From the NCBI GenBank assembly GCA_951406725.2, contig OX597816.1, positions 29,016,001 through 29,080,000 of the forward strand: a DNA stretch of 64,000 bases, given 5' to 3'. This DNA comes from Octopus vulgaris. Lineage: Eukaryota. Below the pieces are notes generated by a model. It searched no databases. It was given only the letters and a program-made list of their open reading frames with translations, and was not told the DNA's origin. The first letter of the stretch is position 1. The number at the start of each line of letters is the position of its first letter. A program made the translations under genes and the position numbers. Shown piece by piece: positions 1-13,150 of the stretch.

Positions 1-416
1 CGATATATATCTACATGTTATACCTAACAAACGTTTTGCACATGTGGGTATAATCTGCATTGGGAAACTTTAAGCAGTTATAAATGATTTGATCAGTTAC
101 TTCTCTGTATTGATATTTGCTTCTTATTTCATTATATTGTTTGTACATACTCTGTACGCCATTGATCGTGTGCGACTAAATCCAGTTACATTTCATCTAC
201 AAAAACTGTATTTTCTTAACGTTTGGCATCACTGATAACTTTTCCCCTTTCTCTCGAGTCTCGTCGCTGATTGACAATGTTAACCTCTTTCGTTATTACA
301 AAATTTTCTATTTATTTCGAAATTCCATATCGATTTTATCTTTAATTTTTCTGCAATGAGAAGCAATTTTTCGCAGTAGCTATCTTCTATTTCGCAGTTC
401 ATTTTTTCCCCTTTAA

Positions 417-1999
417 CACTCACGCGCACAATTATTGGCACCCCTTGTCAAAAATGATTGAAATTGTCGCTAAAATTAGTGTTTACATAACTAAGTTTTG
501 GTCAATGTAGATACAATTGTTTAAGTAACACCAAACAAAAAGTGAATTTCTTAAACAATTTATTTTTAACGAGTAAAACAGAAAAACAAGATAATTACAT
601 GGTTCAAAATTATTGGCGCCTTGGTAACATTCAATGATTAAAACCAGTGACGTATCCTTTATGTTTAATATGTTTAATAACTTCAATGTGCGAGGGTCAT
701 TTTCAGTCAAATTCAGACACAGGAAGGAATTTTAACTAATTCTTCAATCGCAAATTATTCCATCTGCCTCAAATTAAATGTTCTTCCATTCACTCCTTTC
801 TTTAGCTTCTACCATAAATTTTCAATCGGGTTCATATCAGAGCTTTGATATAACCATCAGAGTACATCTATCTTGTTTTCTTTCAATCGATTTTGGATTA
901 AAACTGAGGCACACTTGGGATCCTTTTCCTACATGAAGGACCAATGGCTTCCTAATCCTTGTTGCTTCGACGATAACTTCAGGCTTTCTCTATTTTCACC
1001 ATTCCTTTAATTCGAATTAACTTTTCAATGCCTTTAGCAGAAAAATGACACTACAGCATTATAATCGCTGTCTCCCGGTGGTAGGGTTCATATTATTCAG
1101 ATTTTAATTTTCCTTTTTCCTCCAAGCAGTAGACCTACCGTTGTGACCGAATAACTCGAGTTTGGTTTCGTCAGAATTATGAAACAGAATCATCCACGAG
1201 CAGGGTTCTTCAGAAAGTCTCTCGCAAACTTCAAAGAAGCAGTTACATGCTTAAGCCACCTCTATTGTGAGTTTACGTGATCGGTGACCTTGAAGCATGA
1301 GTTTCAATAGCTCTCAATGAGGCTTTGATAGCTACAGTTATTATCTTAGTATCATTGTTGACCATTTTAATTAACACCCACTTATTTCGTTCTGAAAAAA
1401 GCTTCTTTCTGCTGTCTCCATTCTCGTTCCCCAACAAACGGGTATCTTGAGGCTTTACGAGTTTGTTGCGAACAAATGATCTTGCCATATTGAAATTCTC
1501 AGATATTCCTCTTATACTCGTTTCCAGGGATGTGAGAATATACAATCTACTACTTAAGTCGGAACAGTGCCCCTCAACGTTCACCACAACGTCATAGATA
1601 GAATACTTTGTTGACCAAGAGAAGGCTGCAAAACGGTCGTGCAAATGATGTCACGTACCCCTACCACGCATTATTCTATAAATTTCTGTATTTTATATAT
1701 TTCTCAGTATGATATACAGTCTATTATCTGACACATTTTTATATTGCCCGACGCAATGATATTTGCAACGCAATAATCAAACTTTTGTGTATCTGCCAAT
1801 AATTTGGGACCATGCTTGAAATTTTTATCGACTGCAATTAGAATTTTAAACATCGCCAGGTACCCTCCCACGGCAAATATATGCTGTAGCTCTTCACATT
1901 ATTGTAACATAACAGTATTTAAGGAGACATCTAATTTTGGCGAGAAATTCAATAACGACCCTTTTTAACAAGAGCTACCAATAATAGGGCGCATAACAT
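417..1999 (-). mobile_element. Tc1-family DNA transposon (IR-DR type), degenerate transposase
   Basis: The minus strand encodes Tc1 DD34E motifs with stops: SDETK (~1160-1176), FM*EKDPK (~915-938) and WLYQSSDMNPIENLW (~812-856). Long imperfect TIRs lie at ~417-625 and ~1790-1999. Each TIR carries two direct-repeat cores (attattggc at 431 and 610; ccaataat at ~1796 and ~1978). Confidence 0.85.
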
Positions 2000-2649
2000 G
2001 AAGACATGTTCTTGAAATATTTTAAACACATACCCTAATTATATCAAATAATAACAGGTTGCCATTTCCCTAAAGTATTTATTCGTACAAACTTTCATAG
2101 TTTTATGAAGGTATACAATTTCTTTGAAATTAGCAGTTTCTATTTGCTTTTGTGGTGGTGGTGGTGGAGGTGGTAGTGGTAGTTGTAGGAGTGATAATGA
2201 TGATGATGACTAGGTAGAATGAGATGAGGAAGAATTGGAGGAAGATATTGTTGAACTTTAGAGCAGGCATACATATTTAGAATGAAGTTTCGGATTTCAT
2301 CTCATTCTCATTTATATAAAGGAAAGAATGTAGTGACAGATATTTTAATGTATAGTTGCATATTGTTTCTGACTGACAGCTTATGATTCAGTAACCACTC
2401 ATATACTGAAGCGATATTTCAACGAGTATCAAACACGAACTTGGGGGAAGAACTGAATATGTACTGAGCCTAAAGGGGTAGAAGTTAATCCATTGACATT
2501 CAGAATTGACAATGACCTATATTTGATATTATAAGACGTAATCAATAACTTCAAGACGTATATCATTTGAAAATGTTGGCCGCATTTATTCTATGCGTTG
2601 ATTATATTACTGCGGTTACTTTTGGTTGTTGTAAGGATTCACCCACACG

Positions 2650-3900
2650 TGAAAACGTGGATAGTCTACCCTAAAACGAAATGCATAAGAACCAACCCCA
2701 TTCCATCGCTATTGTGGGTATTTACAATTGCATATAAATATCTTCCTATGTGTTAAGATACTAAAGGACACTTGAGAAAAAAATCGATTGTTATTAATAA
2801 TGGTAGGTGTAATCGTGTTGGGTCTACCTCATTTACCTGTACTTGGTATTTGCGTAGTTTAGCACGTCAATCAATTTGAAGATGACTGGCCCTCCATGGT
2901 TAGATCACAGAAGGATTCCGCGTCACTAGTAATTGAAACAGACAATATTTTGCGTGAGACGTTACGATTAGGTGTGCAGGAGACTTGTCTGCTTATAATT
3001 AAAAAAGTAGAGAATGATGATACATCTATCAACGACTAAATGTTAAATAAATGTTCCATTAAACAGATGTAGAAAGAAAGAGTGCGGTGTATAATGTAGC
3101 CAAGAAACGCTGGAGTGTACTGCCTTGTCATCGTAGTTATGCAGTGGTTGACAGTAAATTATTGATTATAGCTAAACGGAATAGATGGAGGGCATTGTAA
3201 AAAGCGTTCAAGGTTATTTTATTAACTAAATATTATATCAAGTTTTCCAGGTAATGGACATTTCTTTTTATAGTGAAGTTACATAAGTATTTCACATTAC
3301 TTATTGTTGCTTGATATATTCTTGTTTAATGCTTCCATGGTGTGTCTTATGCTTTTGTGCAACATTAGCTATCTTTTGAATGGGGTGTGTTGAATAGTGT
3401 GCGATGTTTATGTTATTTTGAAACGTTTTTTTTTTGCAAATGTGTGTTAGGAATATACATTCTACAAGCTGCTAAAAATATATTGAAGAATGTATCGAAC
3501 CAGTTGATGTTTCTTTAACTGGGTTTGTCTTGTTTAGCTGGTTCCAGCATTTTGTCAATATGTAAAGTGCTATTTAGATTATTTGTGAAATATCACGAGA
3601 TGCAAATGAAATATGTGTAATGATGCAATTCGTTGACACATCGTGCACCATGGAAATTATACAAGCACTTCGTGAAATGGGATTGATTTTATAGTGGTAG
3701 TCCTCGGATAATGTCAGTTTCACAAGCCTAATGGATTCACACAAAGTCAATCCTGACTCAGTAGGTTTTGGTAAAAGGGATTTTAAGTATCACCGTACTT
3801 CTGTAATATCCCGAAACAGGTTCTGTAGCGCGTCATCTTTTTAAAAGTATTTTGTATTGTTCAATGATGGTTTGACTCTTATCACAACACAATGACATTT
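2650..3900 (-). pseudogene. Highly decayed Penelope-like RT/GIY-YIG remnant
   Basis: Frameshifted minus-strand translation gives TFFNIF...KKTFQNNINIAHYSTHPIQK, like the PLE motif PFLD..YRKPT...HF.S.HP..K, plus a TGK*GRP segment like GIY-YIG YIGQTGR. A hammerhead-like motif lies nearby at 4255. Confidence 0.4.
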
Positions 3901-4254
3901 ATGAGGTAGAAATTTATGACAAACATTTTTCATGCTAGAAGTGATAGCTGTATGTAAATTATGGATTTGTACGGAACATGATATTGAGGGTTATACAAAT
4001 AATCCCCATAGGTACTGGAACTATATAAATAATCCCCCAAACCATTGTTTGTTAATAATTGAGTAACATTTCTTTTTAACCCCTTTGTATAAACTCAAAC
4101 GTAGAAAAACCATTATTGTAAATATACCACTGGGCGCATATATTTCAATTATTCCTGCTTAGTGTATATCCAACCAGTGAATCGCTCCTAGAACAATCTT
4201 TGCACGCACCGGAAAATATATCATAGTGTAATTGGTGAATCCGGTGTCCCTATC

Positions 4255-4286
4255 TGATGAAGCTTAACGAAAGCGAAACAGGTGTT
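4255..4286 (+). ncRNA. Hammerhead ribozyme-like core (stem I degenerate)
   Basis: CTGATGA-a-GCTT-aacga-AAGC-GAAA-C-aggt-GT-T. Stem II pairs; stem I partner is not evident. Confidence 0.45.
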
Positions 4287-4774
4287 CTACAACAGTCCGA
4301 TAACAACATTTCTACGCCAGGCAGGTGTTATTCCTCTACATTGTTTTATAAGGGCAATTTTTCTCCAGAAACAGTTTTCACCGCAGTGGTCTTTGCGCGT
4401 ATTTGTTATATATGTGTGTTTGTTTGTTCATATTCATGTAATTAATGTGTGTATCAATATATCTACGTAAAAATGTTTGCACCTCAATATTTTTCATGCT
4501 CATTTATCTTCCTTCAACTATCGGTTTGAAACACAAATGTCGCCCTCAAACGTATCAGCCTGAAATAATTGAAATTTATGTGAATGTGCCAGAATCGTTG
4601 TTATGTTCACTTTGATTTTGGGCACAGTTAACAGCAGGGAATTAATGCAATAATTTCCCCCTTTCTCACATGGAAATTCTTGGCTGTGAGCTTAGATTGT
4701 AAAATCCTTATTATTTGTTACGAAAATTAAAGAAATGAAATGAATCATCAACACGGATTTGGGAGATAATTTAC

Positions 4775-5035
4775 TTACTTCTGTCCGCGCCACGACGAAC
4801 ATACGTCTGCAACGCGATCTTTTCAACGAGTTCTATTTGTTGTCTTTGATCTAATCTTATTCCAGCTTTTCCATCTTTCTCGTCTCCTTTCTTAATCAAT
4901 GATCATTTAAGATGTGGTTTTAGGGCACCCTGCTGCACTTTCCCCATGAAGTTGTCAATTTAGTCACACCATACAATCGCTATCTGAATCTTGTCCGAAG
5001 AGGTGTCAGATCCAGCTCCAAGTACTCAATTTCAT
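4775..5035 (-). mobile_element. Degenerate 3' end of an RTE/L2-type LINE
   Basis: The minus strand resembles a LINE C-terminal tail followed by an AGT/AAGT-like tail; heavily decayed. Confidence 0.35.
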
Positions 5036-5117
5036 ACGTAAAACTTTCAATGGATCTGTTCCTCTTAGGTGGAAATTGAGTACCGGGCGCTAATAGTAAA
5101 AACTAGCGTTTCTGTAA

Positions 5118-5202
<85 letters not shown>

Positions 5203-5349
5203 TGTTATTATAAAATGGATCTTTTGATCTACGTTTGCTCAAGTAATCGAGTCAATTTGCTCTCTCTCGTTCACGTTAACTTTTAATTATGCTTTATATA
5301 CCTGCCGAAAATGAATCATTACTCATAGTCTATGAATAAAATATATTTT

Positions 5350-5455
5350 TTCTTTACTACCCACAAGGGGCTAAACATAGTGGGGACAAACAAGGACAGA
5401 CAAAGAGATCAATTCGATTACATCGACCCCAGTGCGAAACTGGTACTTTATTTAT
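5350..5455 (-). mobile_element. 3' fragment of SINE family C
   Basis: Near-identical to 45328-45432 (tttctttactacccacaaggggctaaacatag...gaccccagtgcg). Confidence 0.85.
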
Positions 5456-6051
5456 GAATAAAATATATTATCGATTAATCAAGCATGTCAACGTAGCGTA
5501 TACTATGCTAATCAAAGTTTGGAAATCGTTGCATCATGAATGTACTTAAATAAACATTAATAGGATGGTTCTAAATTTCTTCAGATCACCTCCTCTTATA
5601 TTCGCAAATCATTACCAACCACCTCTAGCATTTTGTTTTCTATCTTCAAATATGAGGTTCAAGAGGGGAAATTTGAAATAAAACTTTGCATTGAGTACAT
5701 CACTTCTTAAATTATCATTAGATGATATTTTATTCTGTATCTTTACCACTGTGACATTAAGTCGATAAGGTGAAGATTGAAAAACCATTTGTTGGCTAGT
5801 GTATCCTAAAGTTATCTGCACTAAAAATGTTACATACATTGGTATCCGTAGTTATATGTCATTCAATGAAGAGCAGGAATATTTTCTATGCCAAGTGTAT
5901 ATAGATGGCTATGATTATAAATCTTTACTTAATCAAGAGAGAAAAGCAGAGAGTCATACATTAGCTTAATGTAACATTGAGATTGTAGTAATGGGAATAG
6001 AATTTTATATATTTTTTTTATTTACCCTTTCCTATTTTTCTTTAGTTTCAG

Positions 6052-6096
6052 AGAAACTGAAAATGTATTCAGACAAGTGGGGCCTTCATGAAGGAG
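6052..6096 (+). CDS. Candidate 45-bp host micro-exon (KLKMYSDKWGLHEG)
   Basis: Long polypyrimidine tract ending tttcag, donor GAG|gtaatt, symmetric phase 1-1 and open. No homology recognised. Confidence 0.25.
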
Positions 6097-6201
6097 GTAA
6101 TTCATTACCGAAACAACCTTGATTTAAATGGCGCGTAAAATTGGAGGTATTTAAAAATTTATGGTAATGTATCGGGCTAGGTTTTGTTGTACATGTCAGT
6201 G

Positions 6202-6247
<46 letters not shown>

Positions 6248-6249
6248 GC

Positions 6250-6432
6250 CATGATAGATCGTTAGATAGAAATTATATATTTCTCTCCTTGTTTTTTCTG
6301 TGTACCTTTCTGTAGAAGAGCGTAGGCTCCAAACGTAAAATACTTTTTTCTATTCCTGAGCGCTATACTAATACATTTGTTTGTTTTGTACACCACCTCT
6401 CTTCGTCTTTTGTTTCTTTCGTAAACTTTTCC
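6250..6432 (+). mobile_element. Short repeat between (TA)n tracts carrying a variant hammerhead-like motif
   Basis: Homologous to 29008-29185 and 29199-29365. Contains ttt-CTGTAGA-a-GAGC-gtag-GCTC-CAAAC-GT-A-aaa. Confidence 0.7.
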
Positions 6433-6516
<84 letters not shown>

Positions 6517-7049
6517 TGTACACATATATAAATTATATGGGTGAATATATGTATATGCGTACACACATGCACTTATATGTAAGTACATATGGGATATATA
6601 AATGTGTATGAGATTGTGTTTCAAGAAATGAAGAGTATAATCGAAAAATAAAAAGAATACATATTGTCTTGATTGTGAAACCATGTTGCCAGATAAAACA
6701 AACCAAGAACACAAAACAGTTAAAGTTGGGCCAACTAATAGCTAACGGCTGTATGTAATGAAGTAATCAATATTATTATTTGTATAATTTCTTTGCGTTC
6801 TGTTGTGTATATTTTCTTCAGTAAATTTATAACCACCTCTTTTCCAATTCAGAATTCTTTTATTCAATATATTGCCTTTGCCCTCAATATGCAAAATAAT
6901 TCCATTGTAGGTCTTTTCATTGTATTTGGAAAACTCTGTAGTCGATCTATTTTTACGTTCGTCTTTTGTTGATTTTGCTTTCGTAAGTTTTATTTAGACG
7001 TTTTCATGTATTTAAATTTTTGCTTTGCTTTTCTTATCTCCTCAACATA

Positions 7050-7330
7050 CATATCGCCAAACATAAAGCAACCGCACACGATTTCTGTGGAATATATTAA
7101 ATTCTAATGAGTTTTTTTTTCTTCATAGCTTCTAGACTTAGCATGATTATTAAAGACGGCAGAACATGACTTCCATAATGGATGCTGGGAAGCAGCTTAA
7201 TCTGTATGCTGAAAAAGATGCAGATATAATGGTCGTCGACATTCTTGAAGGTTAGGAATGATATAATTCTGTATAGGTGATGCAAATAATATCCTGCTAT
7301 CATTTTAGACTATACTGTACTTGTTATATA
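7050..7330 (-). pseudogene. Possible pogo/Tigger DDE-1 transposase fragment
   Basis: IKLLPSIHYGSHVLPSL resembles the DDE-1 motif IKL.FLP.H.SH.LQPL. Confidence 0.35.
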
Positions 7331-7883
7331 CAGATCTATTTTATCATACACGCATTTCAAAAATATCCATTTTAGTGATAAGTGAAACTGCAGTGGAAGC
7401 GGTACTCTCGACTCAACACCTATAAATATTAAATTGACTCCTGCAGGATTTCAACTCCGACACTAAACATAACGCATAATTTTGCTTCATACTATAATGG
7501 TTCGGCCAATCCACAACCCAAGATTTTCACAAAATCTGCGAGTAGATATAGTTTTGCGTATATGCTTTTGGTTTCATATTATCCAAAGTGTATATTCCTG
7601 TTAACATTAGCATTGTTTTATTGATTAATGTTTCAATTAAGAATCTACATTTTATGGGAACGGAGCCAACATTGTCATTTTGTCCAAATTTGCTCAATCT
7701 TAAATATATACATCCATTACGATGTTACTGTTGACATATCGAAGATATATATATATGTATATATATATTCGATATTTCAGCGGTAACATCGTAATAACTG
7801 TTTATATGTATATATATGTACATATATATACATATAAATCTATATATATATATACATATGCATCAATACATATACATCTATGC

Positions 7884-7966
<83 letters not shown>

Positions 7967-7968
<2 letters not shown>

Positions 7969-8087
7969 CCAAACAAGAAAGCACAAAAAGACACAACAAC
8001 GCGAGGAATTGGAACAAATATAATATTATTGGACGCTCAGGGAAGAAGGAAAGAAGGAGGGTTTAACGTTTCGAACGGAGCTCTTCG

Positions 8088-8091
<4 letters not shown>
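7967..8091 (-). mobile_element. Short repeat between (TA)n tracts ending in a minimal hammerhead-like motif
   Basis: Minus strand: (a)TGACGA-a-GAGC-tcc-GTTC-GAAAC-GT-T-aaac. The 5' side is truncated by the microsatellite. Confidence 0.55.
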
Positions 8092-8145
<54 letters not shown>

Positions 8146-8289
8146 CTTTTTACTGTTAATATTTTGTACTGTCTTTACTGTCCTGTTTTTGTCACTATTT
8201 TTAACCGTCCGCAAACAATCTCAAATTTTATTTAGTTTGCCTTTTGCGGGGAGAAATGTTTCAACGAGGTCGCGTCTCGCCTTTACTTT

Positions 8290-8480
8290 TAAAACGCAGA
8301 GAAGATGAAACAGAGGCGACTGAAGAAGGGGAATTTTCCTTGTGTTGTATGTCCTGTACTCTATTTTCTCGTTGTTTAAGTAAAATGTCCATTTCCTTGG
8401 TTTTGTATTAATGTTTTCCTTTCTCATTGTGTTCGACTTTTTTTTTTGTGTCCTGTACCCATATATGCTTGTATATATAT
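8290..8480 (+). repeat. Dispersed repeat, second copy inverted at ~61410-61575
   Basis: Shared gaaacag.ggc..ctgaagaaggggaat.ttccttgtgt.gtatgtc.tgtactct...gtgtcctgtacccatatatgc. Confidence 0.8.
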
Positions 8481-8591
8481 ACATGTAGGTGTAGGTACGT
8501 ACATATATGTATGTATATATGCATATGTTTTATTTATTAATTTGTTATTATATGACGGAACGTACGCATCCATTTCTAAGTAAGTTTTTTT

Positions 8592-8664
<73 letters not shown>

Positions 8665-8669
8665 TATAA

Positions 8670-8778
<109 letters not shown>

Positions 8779-8789
8779 TATGAAATAAC

Positions 8790-9202
8790 TGAACTTTTCT
8801 AACCCCACAACAATTTAGGCTAAATTTCGTTAGTCAATTAATAAAATATGATTTTACACTTTGCCTGAGTGACGCAGGTAAAAATTTGTTCGTCGCAACA
8901 TATCCTTATCACATATTTTCTATCTGTGTGTAACATTTGAAGAAAATCAGTTGTAAAGTTTAAAAGTTATGACAGAAAATAATATAAGAATTTGCATTGC
9001 GATGTCCTATTGATTTTAGATAAATCGATGCTGATTAGAAATTATCGACTTTTTTGAAATTCCAAGTCCGTAAGCGACCGCATGGGCAAAGTCCCACATC
9101 CGTGTCAAGTTTCATCAAGATCAGTTGCGTAGTCTCGGAGTAGGTAAAGTAACAAATTCACAAATTCAGACACATACACAGCCACAAACCGAAATTGCCG
9201 TT

Positions 9203-9205
<3 letters not shown>
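8790..9205 (-). mobile_element. 5' part of a non-autonomous Helitron-like element
   Basis: 9103-9205 is similar to 57569-57660 (gtcaagttt.atca...cagacaca...tgccgtttatat), the TC-terminal end of the Helitron at 56548-57668. Confidence 0.55.
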
Positions 9206-9234
<29 letters not shown>

Positions 9235-9289
9235 TGTATGTATGTATGTATGTATGTATGTATGTATGTTTGTATGTATGTAACGTCTT

Positions 9290-9480
9290 ATTAGGGTAAA
9301 TGTCCAGACATAAACGCGAATGTTTTGGCGTTCCATAAGAGAATGGTAGCGGCGGTGGGTGGGTAAAGAGAAAGAAAATTAAACAAATACAAAGAAAGAT
9401 AGAGAGAGAGAGTGCAGGAGGAAAGCAATGATAGTTATAAAGGATAAAACCATGTATATAAGAATATGGTGTGCAAAAAT
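9290..9480 (-). repeat. Inverted copy of 10430-11000 (minus the Helitron insert)
   Basis: The reverse complement matches 10430-10446 joined to 10836-10997 at high identity. Confidence 0.9.
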
Positions 9481-9772
9481 GAGAAGATTGCATTTTACAC
9501 CGTTTATTCCTTTGGAATAAAACCAATGTTGTCTTCAAAACATATGTCGAAAGTAAAAGAATTTTAATAACATCTTCATTCAACTCCATTTATTTATTTA
9601 TACTACACAATTACTACACATTAACCCGGAGTTTCTACCTTTGAATAGATCGCTTCATCCGTGTTACGTGAGTGAATTTTGCTACCCTGGTAACTGTTTA
9701 TTGAATTTTCCATGTTAACGGTAAACAAAGGATAATTCATTCATCCATTTAAATATATATATATATAATAGA

Positions 9773-9958
9773 AAAATACAATATAGTGTTATGGTTAGGG
9801 TTATAATAAATTATGGCATGCCATATCAGGGCCAGCGCTCCACTTGTGGACTCTGCCTAGAAGAAGTCCTCAAAATTTTAACCCATAACTCACCACAATT
9901 GCTTAACAAAGACAACTAAGCCTTCACAACGTGTATACGCAAATCCTCTCCATTTTAA
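9773..9958 (+). pseudogene. Penelope-like element C-terminal (post GIY-YIG) fragment
   Basis: Translation KIQYSVMVRVIINYGMPYQGQRSTCGLCLEEVLKILTHNSPQLLNKDN*AFTTCIRK matches the PLE tail pattern PY...C.LCL.E..I...LLNK..E...C.H. Confidence 0.7.
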
Positions 9959-10446
9959 AATTCTTCCATAAACCCAAATGTAACTTCACCCCAACGCATA
10001 GCAATCATCTACATACCTCCATGATCATTAATACATACCCCCCCCCCCTTGTATATCTCTTCTATCAACCTTAACTTAGCTCTTTATAAGCAAGGTGTCA
10101 ATTCTTTAACTTATTTTAAAACCTTAACCCATAAAAATCCACTGATATTTTGCTCTAACTCTTATTCCTAAATAATTTCCCATTCAACTGGTTTCTCCAT
10201 TCGCAACTACCTACACACCGATACACACATACCGAAAGATATTTCTACAGCCACTGACCTTAGCCATAAAACGGACACAAGCCCGACAGACTAGAAGAAT
10301 ACCACTGGCACCTACTATTCTCTTTCAATCCATTTCATTTTACATTTTGTTTATTTTTACGTTATCTTCCTTTAGCTCCTCTGTCCTTATTTACCCATAT
10401 TTATTTATTTATTTATTTACCTTCTTGGTTATTTTTGCACACCATA

Positions 10447-10835
10447 TCTTTATATATAAAAGTAAGGTTGTGTGTCTGTCTACTCCGATTTAGATTCCGA
10501 ACTACTCCCACATTTTGCAGTGCAGTTTAACCAAAACCGGGTATCTTATAGTCGTGATTCATATCGAGCCCTTCTGAGTATTAGCGCGCATCTACAATGA
10601 GTCTACGATTTTAAAAATAATTTACCATCATTTTTTCCATTTTAATGCATTTTTTCGCTAAGGGAAGTAACTCTCTAAAAATGTCTACGATGAGTCAACG
10701 ATTTTAAAAAAAATTTACCATCATTTTTTTTCCATTTTTAATGCATTGTTTTGCTATTTTTTGGCTATAACTCTCTAAAAATACTTTATAGTTATTTCCC
10801 TTACAAACCCGAGCAACGCCGGGCGACACTGCTAG
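10447..10835 (+). mobile_element. Non-autonomous Helitron
   Basis: 5' TC (A|TCTTTATATATAAAA), 3' hairpin cccgagcaacgccggg, then CTAG|T. Inserted between A and T with no TSD; the empty site is visible in the paralog at 9290-9480. Confidence 0.9.
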
Positions 10836-11329
10836 TCCTTATATACATGATTTTATCCTTTATAACTATCACTGCTTTCCACCTTCACTCTCTCTCTATC
10901 TCTCTTTGTATCTGTTTAATTTTCTTTCTCTTTACCCAGCCACCTTCGCTACCATTCTCTTACGGAACGCCAAAACATTTGCGTCTATTTCTGGATAATT
11001 AAGGCGTTACCCTACATGGATTTACACAGCATTACACATAAGGACTTATGAAATAACATCTACACAATCGGAAATTTGAACTGTGTAATGTTCTTCTTTA
11101 TTCTTCTATTCTTATTCTTCATATGCTTATTCTTTTTTTCTCGAGGTCTATGTCATCGTTTCATTAATTTATATCCTTCTCGTTTTCACTATTTGTCTCA
11201 AATGATGGAATATTCCATACTTTGGGATATCTGAAAAACAGGTATGAGACTGAGTTTTTCCAATAATAATAACGTATATGACTTGAGATGTTTGTCTTAC
11301 CTTAAAGTTTGTTGTCCTCTTTAGCAATT

Positions 11330-11378
<49 letters not shown>

Positions 11379-11508
11379 TATATATAAGACAGAACAACAT
11401 TCAACTCAACCAACACTGAAAGGGTTTATACCCACCACTCCATTAAAAGTTAAAAATTAAATCTTATAGTAACTGTATCTGTTCTGAATCCTGTATTTTC
11501 CGTTTATA

Positions 11509-11608
11509 AGACTACACGTGTTTCATGAAAGTACGTCGGTATTGATTAGATACGAGGTATCTATTTTTAATACTTACTCGGGTTGGCACACACCCAATCT
11601 TCAGATCT
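11509..11608 (-). ncRNA. Type I hammerhead ribozyme with branched, extended stem II
   Basis: Minus strand: agat-CTGAAGA-ttg...(~70 nt with hairpins such as tagatac/gtatcta)...cat-GAAA-C-ACGT-GT-A-gtct. Stem I agat/gtct; stem III is the palindrome ACACGTGT. Confidence 0.7.
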
Positions 11609-11640
11609 GGATTCCTCAACATTTTTCACTACCCCTATCT

Positions 11641-11709
<69 letters not shown>

Positions 11710-11762
11710 ATGATACTCTATATATGGATATCTATCTATCTATCTATCTATCTATGTATTTA

Positions 11763-11836
<74 letters not shown>

Positions 11837-12479
11837 TACATATATATATAGATAGATAGATATATATAAACATATATATATATTGGAAAATAGATAGATA
11901 TACATATATATATACATATATATATATATATGTATAGACAAATAAATACACAATGACAGAAACAGACAGGCAGGCAAACACACACACAAACGCACGCATA
12001 TATAATGTATAATCCGCGCATGTATAATCCACTTGCACACACTCCACCCTGTTGTTACTTAACAAGCGCGAAGTTAATTCTGTTACTTAGTAAAGCAACG
12101 AGAAATTATCTTATCTTCAGTTTATATCCTCTATACATGTCCAAAGAATCATTTGACATTAAAATTTTAATGACTACTCCAACATATATTCTAATTTAAT
12201 CATTTATATGTGGATGGCCTTTATTAATTACCTCAAACATACTCTGGTATTAACATGTGATACCATTTCCTAAATTTTGTGTTGTTATACACATAAACGC
12301 ATCACGCACGCGCACATACTATTTATAATTAAGAAGACAGATTTGCAACACAACTGAGTTTCGTGCAGGTTTTGAGCAAGCACTTACTTCACCCTATCCT
12401 CGACTGGTACTTATTTCTCAGAGTTTGGAAATATGAAAGTGAACGTCAACTTTAGAAGAAGTTGAACTTAGCAATTTAA

Positions 12480-13150
12480 GAGAAGCAAAAATCAGAAACA
12501 CGACCACAAGTACAGCAATAAATTTCTATAATATACTGCATTCTGCACGCAAAGGATTCTGCCAATGTACTAGCTTCTTTTGTATCGTCTTGGAGATTTC
12601 CTTTCATCCATATTTCATTTTTCGAGCATATATCTTCATATCGATTAAATATTGAATCTTCTCTAACATTGAACATATTCATTCCTTTCCACTGTAATAA
12701 AATAACTAGTCTTTCCAAAAGCACATTTATCATATGCTGCAGGGTTCAGCCCAGGTGTCAGCATTGCTGATATATAGCATTAATTCTTGCTTCTGTTTCA
12801 TTATTTATCCCTCATGCTCCGGATGCGCCTGCCATACATTTTTCCGAAATCACACAGCATATTTCAACATGAGCTAAGTAAATAGTCGGAAAATTCTTTT
12901 GGAGCATTCTTGTAGAGAAATCTATTTAGTAGTGACGATCTTGTTCATTTCATACAGAATCGATTTACATAACGTCGCTCTGTATCTCTGAGCTTCCTAA
13001 GCTATTTCTATATTTGTTTCATTTGCTTTGTGTGATTACATCATGAATGCTGTCGTTTACGTTGCAATATTGAACTGTTTTCTCAGCATCCCCACATTAA
13101 AAACAAATGCAGGTGATATCTTGTGCAAACCAATTACAGGAGTTAAAAAG
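12480..13150 (-). pseudogene. Decayed Mutator/MULE-like transposase with SWIM-like zinc finger
   Basis: Minus frame GINNETEARINAIYQQC*HLG*TLQHMINVLLERL resembles the MULE NTN..EA.H..LK...L..LI..LL region, followed by YCCTCG (SWIM-like CxC). Confidence 0.4.

Noticed and set aside
8320-8345. CTGAAGA in the 8290/61410 repeat family as a hammerhead
   Set aside because: No downstream GAAA closing stem II and no stem I/III arrangement.
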